A stretch of 64,000 bases of DNA from Escherichia phage vB_EcoM_SYGD1. The notes under the pieces were generated by a model. The model searched no databases. It saw only the letters and a list, made by a program, of their open reading frames with translations, and was not told the DNA's origin. The position numbers were made by a program, and so were the translations under genes. The stretch lies in sequence record MW883059. The stretch is one strand, 5' to 3'. This document shows, in pieces, positions 29,101 to 39,440 of the stretch. The stretch's first letter is position 1. The number at the start of each line of letters is the position of its first letter.

Positions 29101-29227
29101 TTTTTGTCTCAGCGATTTCTACAAAATAGTAGAAATTAGCACCAACGTCATCCCAGCGTACTTGCACCTGATTTGCGGATAACTTGGAAATTCTGAGACT
29201 AGTGACTGAAGGTGCTTTTACTGTCAT
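26129..29227 (-). CDS. 7: gp7 baseplate wedge protein
   Basis: ORF track 1032 aa, identical length to T4 gp7. Confidence 0.85.
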   Translation of the reverse strand: MTVKAPSVTSLRISKLSANQVQVRWDDVGANFYYFVEIAETKTNSGENLPSNQYRWINLGYTANNSFFFDNANPLTSYIIRVATAAQDFEQSDWIYTEEFETFATNAYIFQNMIEMQLANKFIQEKFTLNNSDYVNFNNDTIMAALMNESFQFSPSYVDVSSISNFIIGENEYHEIQGSIQQVCKDINRVYLMESEGILYLFERYQPVVKVSNDKGQTWKAVKLFNDRVGYPLSKTVYYQSANTTYVLGYDKIFYGRKSTDVRWSADDVRFSSQDITFAKLGDQLHLGFDVEIFATYATLPANVYRIAEAITCTDDYIYVVARDKVRYIKTSNAPIDSDPLSPTYSERLFEPDTMTITGNPKAVCYKMDSVGDKVFALIIGEVETLNANPRTSKIIDSADKGIYVLNHDEKTWKRVFGNTEEERRRIQPGYANMSTDGKLVSLSSSNFKFLSDNIVNDPETAAKYQLIGAVKYEFPREWLADKHYHMMAFIADEKSDWETFTPQPMKYYAEPFFNWSKKSNTRCWINNSDRAVVVYADLKYTKVIENIPETSPDRLVHEYWDDGDCTIVMPNVKFTGFKKYASGMLFYKSSGEIISYYDFNYRVRDTVEIIWKPTGIFLKAFLQNQERETPWSPEEEHGLADPDLRPLIGTMMPDSYLLQDSNFEAFCEAYIQYLSDGYGTQYNNLRNLIRNQYPREEHAWEYLWSEIYKRNIYLNADKRDAVARFFESRSYDFYSTKGIEASYKFLFKVLYNEEVEIEIESGAGTEYDIIVQSDSLTEDLVGQTIYTATGRCNVTYIERSYSNGKLQWTVTIHNLLGRLIAGQEVKAERLPSFEGEIIRGVKGKDLLQNNIDYINRSRSYYVMKIKSNLPSSRWKSDVIRFVHPVGFGFIAITLLTMFINVGLTLKHTETIINKYKNYKWDSGLPTEYADRVAKLTPTGEIEHDSVTGEAIYEPGPMAGVEYPLPDDYNAENNNSIFQGQLPSERRKLMSPLFDASGTTFAQFRDLVNKRLKDNIGNPRDPENPTQVKIDE

Positions 29228-31206
29228 TGTGATATAGGCTCCAAATCGATAGTTAAGTATTGTGGACGTAAATCATTTTCAAATACAATCAGTGAACCAT
29301 CGCGTGTGAAAATAACATCGTCTATTGGATCAGAATATAGCTCAATAGTCTGAACCTCAAATTTATCGGATGTTAAATTAATTTTAGCGATATTCCAATA
29401 AATCACATCAGCTGGATAATTTATTTCACCGATAACATAGTATTTGTCGCGTCCATCAGAATTTGCTAATTTGTTAAAATCGTTGCCTGTATATGGCTGA
29501 ATGTTTTCATTTTCTGTAACATCGCCAGAAGCAAATGGACCAATAATAACTTTACCAATTCCTTTAGAATCTCGGTCTGTTGATACTATGCGAACGTCAT
29601 ATAATACATCTTCTTCTAAACCAGTATCAGGATTTACAACCTTTCGTCCAGAATTAAATGAAAACGTATTAGATTCCATAGAACGATCTTTTATTTGATT
29701 ATTGTATTTAATACCTGCTTCAGGCGTTTTATAGAAGTTTTGTACTTCACGAACAATTTGAATTGTCGCTGATGAGCCAATGATAGAATGATCTGCATCA
29801 TCTACATATGTCAACATCTTAGATTTAGCGAAAGATGAATTAAAAATTTCTACATCTTCGGTATAATAACGATCAATTTTATCAATTATTTGACCTTCAA
29901 GCCACTGTTCGGATTCTTGCAGCTTATTTAAAGCATATGTGACTTTTAAATTAGTCTTAATAAAAAGATAATTAGGAGAAATAATTGATGGCGTAATAGG
30001 AGCTAAATTATAGTCTTTGAGATAATTTTTAATATCTTCACGCTGTACAGTAGTTAAATACAGACCTGATTTAGGTTTAGCAGCAATAAATGCATAACCA
30101 GGTTTAGTAGAATCAGTGAAAGTCTGAACTGCTTGAATAATAGAACCAAATCTCTCTGAAACGAATGTATCATAGTCAGTCGCAGTTACGCAGCGTTGCT
30201 GGGTTTCGCGTTTAATAGTACCCAATTCGCGGATACGCTCAATATCTTCTGGATCACCGCCGCCATCTGCCCCAACAAAATCTGGGTCATCGTTTGGATT
30301 TTCATTAATATTGATGACAGTTATATTTGTTAATGTATCTGCGTATGAAAATCCGACTGCTCCGTTCGCGTCAGCACCATTAGTACTGATGTACTCAATA
30401 ACAATCGTAGAGTTCTGAGTAGGTTTAAGACCTCCGATATAATTAGCGGTCAAAGCTCCTTCAGAAGCATTAACAGAAATTTCACCTTCACCAAAATAGA
30501 ATTCAGTATTTCCATCAATAGTTTCACGCATGTAGTAAATTGTCGATGTAGAACCAGCATGAACCATTGACTTTCTTGTCCAGTTAATCCATTCTGCTCC
30601 ATCAACGTATAATTTAACCTGGTTTCTATCAATATTTTTATCATAAATGATAATAGGTGTTAATTTATCATAAATGATTTCAGTTCTTACTATACGTCCC
30701 TGGGCCAATTTTAAACGCGGAAAATATTGGTTATTTTTATCACGAATAGCAATAACGTCTTCGGTAGAAACGAAGTTATATGGATTAACAGAAGTATCTT
30801 TTGCATATGCTAAAAAGCGAGTTCCGCGAGGAATAGTAATGTAATTCCTATTCAATGCGTCGGTGCATGTTAACATAATTTCGGTCTGCGCAGCGGATTT
30901 TGAAGTAGGTAAATATCCGTTATCTTGTGCAGCTTGAACAACTGAACTTCGTAAGTTAGCAGTACGCATAAAGCTTTCATACACAGCAGCATTACCAAAC
31001 TGTTGAATGTACAATGTATTATAAGCTAAAAGGTCACACAGAACGTTTAATCTTGAGCCTTCAAAATCATAATCCAAAAATTCATTTTGGCCATTAAGCC
31101 GTTCAATGAGGTTTTGTTTTATTTCAGCAAACGTACCCCCGACGAATATCTCGGGAATAGCATTTGCTGTTCTTGTTAATTGATAATTTACAGGGGTATT
31201 TGCCAT
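29224..31206 (-). CDS. 6: gp6 baseplate wedge protein
   Basis: ORF track 660 aa, identical length to T4 gp6. Confidence 0.85.
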   Translation of the reverse strand: MANTPVNYQLTRTANAIPEIFVGGTFAEIKQNLIERLNGQNEFLDYDFEGSRLNVLCDLLAYNTLYIQQFGNAAVYESFMRTANLRSSVVQAAQDNGYLPTSKSAAQTEIMLTCTDALNRNYITIPRGTRFLAYAKDTSVNPYNFVSTEDVIAIRDKNNQYFPRLKLAQGRIVRTEIIYDKLTPIIIYDKNIDRNQVKLYVDGAEWINWTRKSMVHAGSTSTIYYMRETIDGNTEFYFGEGEISVNASEGALTANYIGGLKPTQNSTIVIEYISTNGADANGAVGFSYADTLTNITVININENPNDDPDFVGADGGGDPEDIERIRELGTIKRETQQRCVTATDYDTFVSERFGSIIQAVQTFTDSTKPGYAFIAAKPKSGLYLTTVQREDIKNYLKDYNLAPITPSIISPNYLFIKTNLKVTYALNKLQESEQWLEGQIIDKIDRYYTEDVEIFNSSFAKSKMLTYVDDADHSIIGSSATIQIVREVQNFYKTPEAGIKYNNQIKDRSMESNTFSFNSGRKVVNPDTGLEEDVLYDVRIVSTDRDSKGIGKVIIGPFASGDVTENENIQPYTGNDFNKLANSDGRDKYYVIGEINYPADVIYWNIAKINLTSDKFEVQTIELYSDPIDDVIFTRDGSLIVFENDLRPQYLTIDLEPISQ

Positions 31207-31214
31207 TTTAAATC

Positions 31215-31508
31215 CTATTTAATGAATACTTTAGATGATGCCTGAGCCACAGTATCACCGCATGATATTGGATCAGCCATTTGAACAGCTTTCTTTCCAG
31301 TGACATATACCTTAGAAGTTCTGGGTTGTGTCACTCCGCCATGTGTTTCATATGGCTTTTTAATTTCTGTATGTTCTGTAATTGGATCACCTGCTACGAG
31401 AACAGCAATTCCTCCAGTGAATACTTTACTTTGTGTAGCATTCACAACTGTTGGAGGCCATGCTTCATGACCAGCAGTAACACATTTATCATAACTTAAT
31501 CCTGACAT
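31215..31508 (-). CDS. 5.4: gp5.4 PAAR-repeat spike tip protein
   Basis: ORF track 97 aa; position immediately upstream of gene 6, length as T4 gp5.4. Confidence 0.75.
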
Positions 31509-32045
31509 CTATGACCTCTCATACACATAGCTTCTTAATTTATTAGCCCAACGACTCCAATTTCCAACTATAGTTTTAGTATAATTTTTAACGAGAGTTT
31601 TTCTTACTGGAGCAGGAGGATCTGTCGGTTCAGTAGTATCAGAAGATGACCTAGAATTACTGCCAGAACCTCCAGATTCACTTTGTTCTTGGTAGTCATA
31701 TATTAATGTTACTTCGTAAGTGAATGTCTTCTGGAGGTTTTGAGGAGCTTTCCATAAATACAACTGAGTATCAGAATCAGTAGGAAGTTCTTCCCATGAA
31801 GCAGCAGTTTTAAATTCATCGCCTAAACGATATTTCAACGCGTCATTTCCAAATCCAAACACAGATTCATATGTTCCGTATAAGCGATTTTCTTCTACTA
31901 AAACCCCAGGAGTTTCTTCGTAACTAGTTATATTTATAGATACTAACGTTTCACCTGTTTCTAATTGAGCGGTAAAGGTGACGTCGATAGAAGAACCTTC
32001 CATGGATTCTCCTAAATCAGCGCTCATTGGAAGTATATTAGCCAA
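31509..32045 (-). CDS. hypothetical protein between gene 5 and 5.4
   Basis: ORF track 178 aa; Ser/Thr/Pro-rich C-terminal region. Confidence 0.5.
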
Positions 32046-32904
32046 TTGTTGAATTCTCTAATGATGTAAATTTATAATCACATTTTTTCAAAGCTTTTAA
32101 AATTGCGTTATAACTTACATCCGGAAGGTCATGTTCAATTGCTTTTTCTCTAAACCATTTGTATTTCTGCGGATGCGGTTTTCCCAAATCCTCCCAAAGT
32201 TTTTTGACTTTTTCTATACTAATCCAAGGTTCAACTGATCTTAGTTTTTTATTTCTAGCATCTAATCTCGATTTTCTTATCAAAGGATCATTCCATGATT
32301 GTTTCGTTCCTTCTATTTTTCCTGGATGATTGATTAATTTATTTCTGTATTCATCGGATTTCCATAAAGATTTAACAGTATTAGAAATACGAATTTTTAA
32401 TGTTGGGTCATTTTCAAAAGCAGTTTTCATCGCATTACTCATTTTCTTTCGATATTCTGGTGATGCGCATCTTTCTTTGTTTATTTTAGATATTTTCTCT
32501 GAAAATTCTTTAGTTGACGTTGATTTAGCTAATGCCTTCAATTGAGCTTTCCTATATTCAGGATTAGACCACATTCTCTTCAAATCTTCGGATGAAAAAC
32601 CATCACCGCCGGATTTTATATTGGTACATAGAATGTCAGATGATTTATATTTCGAAATCCAATACCTTTCTCTTAAATTAAGAATTTCATAAGTAGAAAC
32701 AAATTCAATTATTTCAAAATCTATTTTATAACCAGGTTTATTGCGTATCTTTTTAATATAATCACCGGAACCTATATACTTGTCATTTTCTAAATCAAAA
32801 TATCTAGATTCATGTTTACCAATATAAACACGTACTAATCCTTTCGGATTAGTAACGGTTGTTTTATATATGTATCTAAATTGAACAGTGTTAGATTTTT
32901 TCAT
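32038..32904 (-). CDS. GIY-YIG homing endonuclease (Seg-like)
   Basis: ORF track 288 aa; N-terminal YIYKTT ... VRVYIGKH GIY-YIG motifs; repeated WSNPEYRK / ASPEYRK / KSDEYRN modules typical of Seg/I-TevI DNA-binding regions. Confidence 0.7.
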   Translation of the reverse strand: MKKSNTVQFRYIYKTTVTNPKGLVRVYIGKHESRYFDLENDKYIGSGDYIKKIRNKPGYKIDFEIIEFVSTYEILNLRERYWISKYKSSDILCTNIKSGGDGFSSEDLKRMWSNPEYRKAQLKALAKSTSTKEFSEKISKINKERCASPEYRKKMSNAMKTAFENDPTLKIRISNTVKSLWKSDEYRNKLINHPGKIEGTKQSWNDPLIRKSRLDARNKKLRSVEPWISIEKVKKLWEDLGKPHPQKYKWFREKAIEHDLPDVSYNAILKALKKCDYKFTSLENSTIG

Positions 32905-32922
32905 AATTCACCTCTGAATTAT

Positions 32923-34653
32923 TTATAAACCTACGTCTATACGGCTACCATCAATTGTGTATTGACCAGATGAAATAGAACTCATAGATGCCATTTTTTC
33001 TGTCCAATCACCACCAACGTCCCAATCAACTGTCCCAGCAACTTTCCAAGAAAGATTTCCATTTACTGTATTAGTTTGATTTCCTTCAACTAAAGTAGTA
33101 GCATCCCCTTTAACTGTAATGTCAGCATTACCTTCAACTACAATAGTAACATTACCTTTGACTAGGATAGTTCCATTACCTTCAACCGTCTTAGTTTCAT
33201 CGCCACGCACAAATATCGTATTGCTTCCATCTATTTGGTGAAGACGATTATCCATGTTGTAATAAATTTCTGATCCACCGACGTTAGTCTTTTTATCACC
33301 GGCTACCAAAAAATTACCGTCAGCATTTGTTATATCATACAAATTATCAACAGTTTTTCTTGTTCTTCTTCCTGACGGTGATACTTCCTCATACGTTCCA
33401 GTCGGATGAACTAATCTGTATCGTTCTTGCCCAGGGGTATCATCAAATTCCTGAATATGACCGCTTTCAGTTTCCATTGTGTGAACATACGGATATTCAC
33501 CTTTATATGAAGAAACAGGTTCTTTGAATAAAATTCTCGAATCATTCGGAATAGGAGGGTCAGCCGGGTCAGAAGACTTTGCTACAGTAGCAGCCATTGC
33601 AGACAAAGACCTAGCTGGCGTTTTCACTTCAATACCGTATGATTCCAAATTGCCTGTAAGAATAATCATGGTAACACGGGATGCACGGCCTTTTGTTTGT
33701 TGATACCACAATGAATCACGACCGGCTTTATATGCTTTTTCCCAATCTCCGGCTAACATAGCAGTTAACATTGTGTTAAATTTAGCTACACCGCCAACAC
33801 CCATCTGAAATGCCATATTTTCTAATGCCATTTGACGAGAACGATTAACTGCTTTCCAAACTGGGCCAACTTTAGAATGTGATTTAATGTCACGTTGCAT
33901 ATCAGCTAAATCACGTTCAAATAAAGTTACCGCTTCTTCCATTGTAATAGAACCTGGATTTCCGGTAATTTCACGACCAACTTGTTTTGATAAAACTTTA
34001 TTAATTTGGGCCATATCACGAACTGGCTGCTTCATGATAAGATGACCAATACCAATTGTCGGATATCCTTCTGTATCCCAATAAACTTTTAGTCTTAATC
34101 CTTCATCACGGCGAAGCATTTCAGCCATTGACATATTTGGATTATCATCAGTTGGAATTTCTGATAATGGTCTATCATCAGGATTTATCGCAGTGTCTAG
34201 ATTGCTATCTTGGATAATATTAGAAGACGAATCATATCCTACTTCTCCGCCTTGGTTTAATACGTTAGTATCATTTCCTAGACGTCTAGGATACTGCCCA
34301 GTTGGGTCAGAAAATCCTTCAAGTCTATTAGGTTTTTCGCGAACTATCCCACCATACGTGCCAAGGACAATTCCGTTAGTTTTCCATTTGTCTAAAAAAT
34401 GACCATAAACTCTAGTTCCTTCTACTGGTCCTGTAACAGAACCTCCAATTCCAGACATTGCTGCAGAAGTTATAGGTTGAATAACTGACATCCATGGCAA
34501 TTTATCGGTTGGAATACCCATTACATCGCCTTGCGCTCTTTGGGGCGGATGCAGACCAACCACACGAACACGAACGCGACCTAATTTTAATGGGTCCATT
34601 CTATCTTCAACAACACCAACAAACCAGTTGAGGTTATTACTTATCATTTCCAT
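32923..34653 (-). CDS. 5: gp5 baseplate hub with tail lysozyme domain
   Basis: ORF track 576 aa; lysozyme motif DEGLRLKVYWDTEGYPTIGIGHL shared with gene e; C-terminal VxGxxx beta-helix repeats. Confidence 0.9.
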   Translation of the reverse strand: MEMISNNLNWFVGVVEDRMDPLKLGRVRVRVVGLHPPQRAQGDVMGIPTDKLPWMSVIQPITSAAMSGIGGSVTGPVEGTRVYGHFLDKWKTNGIVLGTYGGIVREKPNRLEGFSDPTGQYPRRLGNDTNVLNQGGEVGYDSSSNIIQDSNLDTAINPDDRPLSEIPTDDNPNMSMAEMLRRDEGLRLKVYWDTEGYPTIGIGHLIMKQPVRDMAQINKVLSKQVGREITGNPGSITMEEAVTLFERDLADMQRDIKSHSKVGPVWKAVNRSRQMALENMAFQMGVGGVAKFNTMLTAMLAGDWEKAYKAGRDSLWYQQTKGRASRVTMIILTGNLESYGIEVKTPARSLSAMAATVAKSSDPADPPIPNDSRILFKEPVSSYKGEYPYVHTMETESGHIQEFDDTPGQERYRLVHPTGTYEEVSPSGRRTRKTVDNLYDITNADGNFLVAGDKKTNVGGSEIYYNMDNRLHQIDGSNTIFVRGDETKTVEGNGTILVKGNVTIVVEGNADITVKGDATTLVEGNQTNTVNGNLSWKVAGTVDWDVGGDWTEKMASMSSISSGQYTIDGSRIDVGL

Positions 34654-35227
34654 AAGATTTCTCCATTATACGTATAAGGTCGTTCATAAATGAATTGATG
34701 TCTGATTTTGCTATTATTTTTATTTGACGAAGTTTTTCATTTTCAAGAACAGCAGCTTCATACGTATCAACAGCAGCAAGTGCTCCTTCATATTGAGGAT
34801 ATTTTCTAGCTTTATCGCCTTTGTCATACCAAACATATGGATTATCATCGTATGATATTAAATTATAAAATTTTTCACCATTCTCATTCACATGATATAC
34901 TATTTGATCTCCACCTACGTTTTTGTATTTTTGTATAGATGCTTGATAAGCAGCTTCTTGCGAAGTAATCCATCCATAATACGGATCATAATTATCATTA
35001 CACATCAATAAAACCCAATACAACTGCGGATTTCCATATATAGCATTTGCTAACTCTTCTGGACGTGGTGAACCTTTAATATAATAAGTACGTAAGCGGT
35101 ATCCCGCAAGAGCGCGTTTAAAATAGTCTTTATAGTTTCTAAAAATATCTGTCATAGGAATAGTCGGCGCGTTTTTATTCACCGTTTTGGCCGCATATTC
35201 AATCGGATCAAAAAATGTAAAGAGCAT
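34637..35227 (-). CDS. 53: gp53 baseplate wedge protein
   Basis: ORF track 196 aa, length and position as T4 gp53. Confidence 0.8.
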   Translation of the reverse strand: MLFTFFDPIEYAAKTVNKNAPTIPMTDIFRNYKDYFKRALAGYRLRTYYIKGSPRPEELANAIYGNPQLYWVLLMCNDNYDPYYGWITSQEAAYQASIQKYKNVGGDQIVYHVNENGEKFYNLISYDDNPYVWYDKGDKARKYPQYEGALAAVDTYEAAVLENEKLRQIKIIAKSDINSFMNDLIRIMEKSYGNDK

Positions 35228-35240
35228 GGGCCCTCCTGTT

Positions 35241-35248
35241 TATAAATA
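35241..35248 (+). promoter_or_regulatory. Late promoter TATAAATA for gene 4
   Basis: tataaata 27 bp upstream of gene 4 ATG. Confidence 0.55.
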
Positions 35249-35255
35249 TATTATC

Positions 35256-35263
35256 TATTTATA
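35256..35263 (-). promoter_or_regulatory. Late promoter TATAAATA for gene 53 (divergent)
   Basis: plus-strand tatttata 29 bp upstream of gene 53 ATG. Confidence 0.55.
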
Positions 35264-35274
35264 AGGAGAATCCA

Positions 35275-35727
35275 ATGTCATATTCTGGAAAATGGGTTCC
35301 TAAAAATATATCAAAGTATAGAGGTGACCCTAAAAAAATTACGTATAGATCAAATTGGGAAAAATTCTTTTTTGAATGGTTAGATAAAAATCCAGAAATT
35401 ATTGCATGGGGTAGTGAAACAGCAGTAATTCCTTATTTTTGTAATGCAGAAGGGAAAAAACGTAGATACTTCATGGATATTTGGATGAAAGATTCTTCTG
35501 GACAAGAATTTTTTATTGAAATAAAGCCTAAAAAAGAAACACAACCACCAGTTAAACCAGCACATCTAACAACTGCAGCGAAGAAAAGATTTATGAATGA
35601 AATTTATACATATTCCGTTAATACTGATAAATGGAAAGCAGCTCAAGCTTTAGCTGAAAAGCGCGGAATAAAATTTAGAATTTTAACAGAAGATGGATTA
35701 CGAGCTCTTGGCTTTAAGGGGGCATAA
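35275..35727 (+). CDS. 4: gp4 head completion protein
   Basis: ORF track 150 aa; N-terminus [21 protein letters not shown] and length as T4 gp4. Confidence 0.85.
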   Translation: MSYSGKWVPKNISKYRGDPKKITYRSNWEKFFFEWLDKNPEIIAWGSETAVIPYFCNAEGKKRRYFMDIWMKDSSGQEFFIEIKPKKETQPPVKPAHLTTAAKKRFMNEIYTYSVNTDKWKAAQALAEKRGIKFRILTEDGLRALGFKGA

Positions 35728-36551
35728 TGGCTATTTTTCAAATAATTAATGAAAGCACTCCCCAAGTTCCAAAGGTTAAGCAATCATTAAACGAAAAGAA
35801 ATGGATTCAGATAGGTCTTGAATACAAAAAGGCCAAAGCAAAAGGAATGACAGGAAAGCAATTTGCTGAAGAAAGAGGAATCAAATACTCTACGTTTACT
35901 TCGGCAATGTCAAAATATGCTTCAGGAATTAAAACAGCCGAAAAGATTCAAAAGCTTGAATCAAAACCAATGAATAAACTCAATAAGCAAGAAAGACAAC
36001 TGCTTATGATAAATTCATTCAGGCAAACATTACGTGATAAAATTCGTAATGAAGGTGCAGCAATTAATAATAAAACCAGAAAGTGGTTTGCTGAAACTAT
36101 TAAGCAAGTAAAAGGACATAAAGTTGTTCGCCCGCAGCCGGGACGAATATATGCTTTTGCTTATGATGCTAAACACAAGGAAACTCTTCCTTATTGGGAT
36201 AAATTTCCTTTGATAATTTATCTTGGTTTAGGTAAACACAATTTAATGTACGGATTGAACTTGCACTATATTCCACCTAAAGCTCGTCAACAGTTTCTAG
36301 AAGAGCTTTTAAAGCAATATTCAAATACACCTACTATTACTAGTAAAACGAAATTAAAAATTGATTGGAGTCAAGTGAAAGGATTTAGGGGTGCAGACCA
36401 AATGATTAAGGCATATATACCTGGTAATATTATGGGTAGCCTAGTTGAAATCGCCCCGAAAGACTGGGCGAACGTTGTGTTAATGCCACTTCAGCAGTTC
36501 GTTTCAAAAGGAAAACGTTTCTCTGCAAACAAAGTCTGGTCAAATATCTAA
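35727..36551 (+). CDS. 2: gp2 DNA end protector protein
   Basis: ORF track 274 aa, same length as T4 gp2; synteny. Confidence 0.8.
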   Translation: MAIFQIINESTPQVPKVKQSLNEKKWIQIGLEYKKAKAKGMTGKQFAEERGIKYSTFTSAMSKYASGIKTAEKIQKLESKPMNKLNKQERQLLMINSFRQTLRDKIRNEGAAINNKTRKWFAETIKQVKGHKVVRPQPGRIYAFAYDAKHKETLPYWDKFPLIIYLGLGKHNLMYGLNLHYIPPKARQQFLEELLKQYSNTPTITSKTKLKIDWSQVKGFRGADQMIKAYIPGNIMGSLVEIAPKDWANVVLMPLQQFVSKGKRFSANKVWSNI

Positions 36552-36657
36552 TTCTATTATCTTCCATTCTTTTCTATTGTTTGTTCTAATTGGAATTGAA
36601 TGGAAGGGACTTAGACCCATTATACCACCAACATTTATAAAGCATTATGAGGAATAT

Positions 36658-37188
36658 ATGTCACAAGCTCTGCAACAAATTTTTAACCAAGCAAATACAA
36701 CTAACTTTGTAGTATCAATACCGCATAGTAATACTACATCTGCTTTTACTTTAAATGCTCAGTCAGTTCCTATTCCAGGAATTAGAATACCTGTTACTGA
36801 TACCGTGACTGGGCCGTTTGGACTAGGCCGAGCACAGCGTCCAGGAGTTACATTTGAGTACGATCCACTCATCGTGAGATTTATAGTTGATGAAGAGCTT
36901 AAGTCGTGGATAGGAATGTATGAATGGATGCTAGGAACTAGTAACTATCTTACAGGCGAAAATACTGCCCAAAAAACAGGTCCTGAATACATTACGCTTT
37001 ACATTTTAGATAATAGTAAAACTGAAATCGTGATGTCAATAAATTTTTATAAGCCTTGGGTTTCTGACCTATCTGAAGTAGAATTTAGCTACACTGAAGA
37101 TTCAGACCCAGCTTTAGTATGTACAGCAACGATTCCTTATACGTATTTTCAAGTAGAAAAAGATGGCAAAATTATAGCAGAAGTTTAA
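36658..37188 (+). CDS. 3: gp3 tail completion / sheath stabiliser
   Basis: ORF track 36577..37188; trimmed to ATG at 36658 (MSQALQQIFNQ, 176 aa as T4 gp3) with RBS gaggaa. Confidence 0.8.
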   Translation: MSQALQQIFNQANTTNFVVSIPHSNTTSAFTLNAQSVPIPGIRIPVTDTVTGPFGLGRAQRPGVTFEYDPLIVRFIVDEELKSWIGMYEWMLGTSNYLTGENTAQKTGPEYITLYILDNSKTEIVMSINFYKPWVSDLSEVEFSYTEDSDPALVCTATIPYTYFQVEKDGKIIAEV

Positions 37189-37212
37189 TGCTTCAGTTTC
37201 ATGTGTTATAAT
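37186..37212 (+). promoter_or_regulatory. MotA-dependent middle promoter for gene 1
   Basis: MotA box taaTGCTTcA at 37186..37195, 11 bp spacer, then TATAAT at 37207..37212. Confidence 0.5.
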
Positions 37213-37237
37213 CTTAACTAAATTTGAGGAGAAACAT

Positions 37238-37962
37238 ATGAAACTAATCTTTTTAAGTGGTGTAAAGCGCAGTGGAAAAGATACTACTGCGGATTTTATC
37301 ATGAATAATTATTCTGCAGTTAAATATCAACTTGCTGGTCCTATTAAAGATGCATTAGCTTATGCGTGGGGCGTGTTTGCTGCAAACACTGACTATCCTT
37401 GCTTAACTCGCAAAGAGTTTGAAGGAATTGACTATGATCGTGAGACTAATTTAAATCTGACTAAATCAGAAGTAATCACGATTATGGAACAAGCATTTTG
37501 TTATCTTAACGGTAAAAGCCCAATTAGGGGTGTGTGTGTTTTTGAGGACGAAGGACAAGAATCAGTTGATTCCGTAGCATGTAACAAGATTATTGACGTT
37601 ATAAATAATATTGAAGATCAATGGTCAGTCCGTCGTCTGATGCAAGCCCTAGGTACGGATTTGATTGTTAATAACTTCGACCGCATGTATTGGGTAAAAT
37701 TATTTGCTTTAGATTATCTTGATAAATTTAACTCAGGTTATGATTATTATATCGTTCCTGATACTCGTCAAGATCATGAAATGGATGCGGCTAGGGCGAT
37801 GGGTGCTACAGTAATTTATGTAGTTCGTCCTGGTCAAAAATCCAATGATACTCATATTACAGAAGCTGGATTGCCAATTCGTGATGGCGATTTAGTAATT
37901 ACAAACGATGGTTCTCTTGAAGAACTTTTTTCTAAAATTAAAAATACACTAAAGGTACTATA

Positions 37963-37963
<1 letters not shown>
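37238..37963 (+). CDS. 1: gp1 deoxynucleoside monophosphate kinase
   Basis: ORF track 241 aa; P-loop GVKRSGKDT; length as T4 gp1. Confidence 0.85.
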
Positions 37964-38648
<685 letters not shown>

Positions 38649-38660
38649 TTTCACAAAGTT

Positions 38661-38690
38661 GTTTACACGGGGTTTTAGTTGTGATACTAT
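38661..38690 (+). promoter_or_regulatory. T4-type early promoter cassette
   Basis: GTTTAC at 38661, extended -10 tgtgatactat; preceded by AT-rich UP-like tcacaaagtt. Confidence 0.6.
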
Positions 38691-38726
38691 TACCCTATCA
38701 AAACAAATGAGTGATTGGAGAATAAA

Positions 38727-38999
38727 ATGAAAACATTTAAAGAATTTATCAATGAAGCTACTTTTAACGAAAAAGTAAAAATTAGCAAAGCTGTCAAGAC
38801 TTTGATTGCTGACATCAATTACCTATATGATATTGATTTAACTGACTATGTAACAGTTGGTAACAAACGTAACTATTTCGTGTTTGACATCTCTGAACTT
38901 GACCAGAATCAAATTAACAACATTGAGCGTTTTGCTAATGATAGGGGTCTTCGACACGAGCCTGGTGGCTATAAAAAATACGCAATTTATTTAAAATGA
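38727..38999 (+). CDS. internal-protein-like protein with capsid-targeting-like N-terminus
   Basis: ORF track 38715 (TTG); ATG at 38727 after SD ggag; N-terminus MKTFKEFINEA fits the internal-protein targeting peptide consensus. Confidence 0.55.
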   Translation: MKTFKEFINEATFNEKVKISKAVKTLIADINYLYDIDLTDYVTVGNKRNYFVFDISELDQNQINNIERFANDRGLRHEPGGYKKYAIYLK

Positions 39000-39029
39000 G
39001 TTTACTTTTAGATAGGGTAGTGATACTAT
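39000..39029 (+). promoter_or_regulatory. T4-type early promoter cassette
   Basis: GTTTAC at 39000, -10 region tgatactat inside stem AGATA...TATCT. Confidence 0.6.
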
Positions 39030-39059
39030 TATCTCATCAAAATTAATTAGGAAAATAAA

Positions 39060-39371
39060 ATGAAAACATTTAAAGAATTTATCAATGAAGCGGCTGCTGC
39101 ACCAAAGACATTCGTTATTAATACTCAAGCGAGTCTTGATGATGAGTACGCGGAGGCAATTCTGAAGTCACTTGCTAAGAACGGCGTTGAAGTAATTGCT
39201 TCGGACTTTAAGAAAGGGGCTTCCGAGATGTTTATTTCTATAACTAAAGGATCTAAAGCTAAGATTAAATCATCATTCGGAGTTGCTCGTACCGATCAAA
39301 TCGACAATCATGACTTTAAACAAACTGGTGCTAAACGGCAGAATACGATTGCATCACGCGGAATAAAATAG
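39060..39371 (+). CDS. internal-protein-like protein with capsid-targeting-like N-terminus
   Basis: ORF track 103 aa; N-terminus MKTFKEFINEA identical at nucleotide level to the preceding gene for 33 nt. Confidence 0.55.
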   Translation: MKTFKEFINEAAAAPKTFVINTQASLDDEYAEAILKSLAKNGVEVIASDFKKGASEMFISITKGSKAKIKSSFGVARTDQIDNHDFKQTGAKRQNTIASRGIK

Positions 39372-39382
39372 TTTATAAAACC

Positions 39383-39412
39383 GTTTACTTTTAGATGGGG
39401 TAGTGATACTAT
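39383..39412 (+). promoter_or_regulatory. T4-type early promoter cassette
   Basis: GTTTAC at 39383, -10 gtgatactat inside stem GGGTA...TACCC. Confidence 0.6.
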
Positions 39413-39440
39413 TACCCTATCAACTACTGAGGAGAATAAA

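Noticed and set aside
36577-36657. N-terminal extensions in the ORF track that begin with TTG/GTG (36577, 38715, 39619, 40295, 45103, 51298, 54967, 62104 and others)
   Set aside because: An ATG with a Shine-Dalgarno lies a few codons downstream and, where known, matches the T4 N-terminus; the longer forms would start inside promoters or upstream genes.
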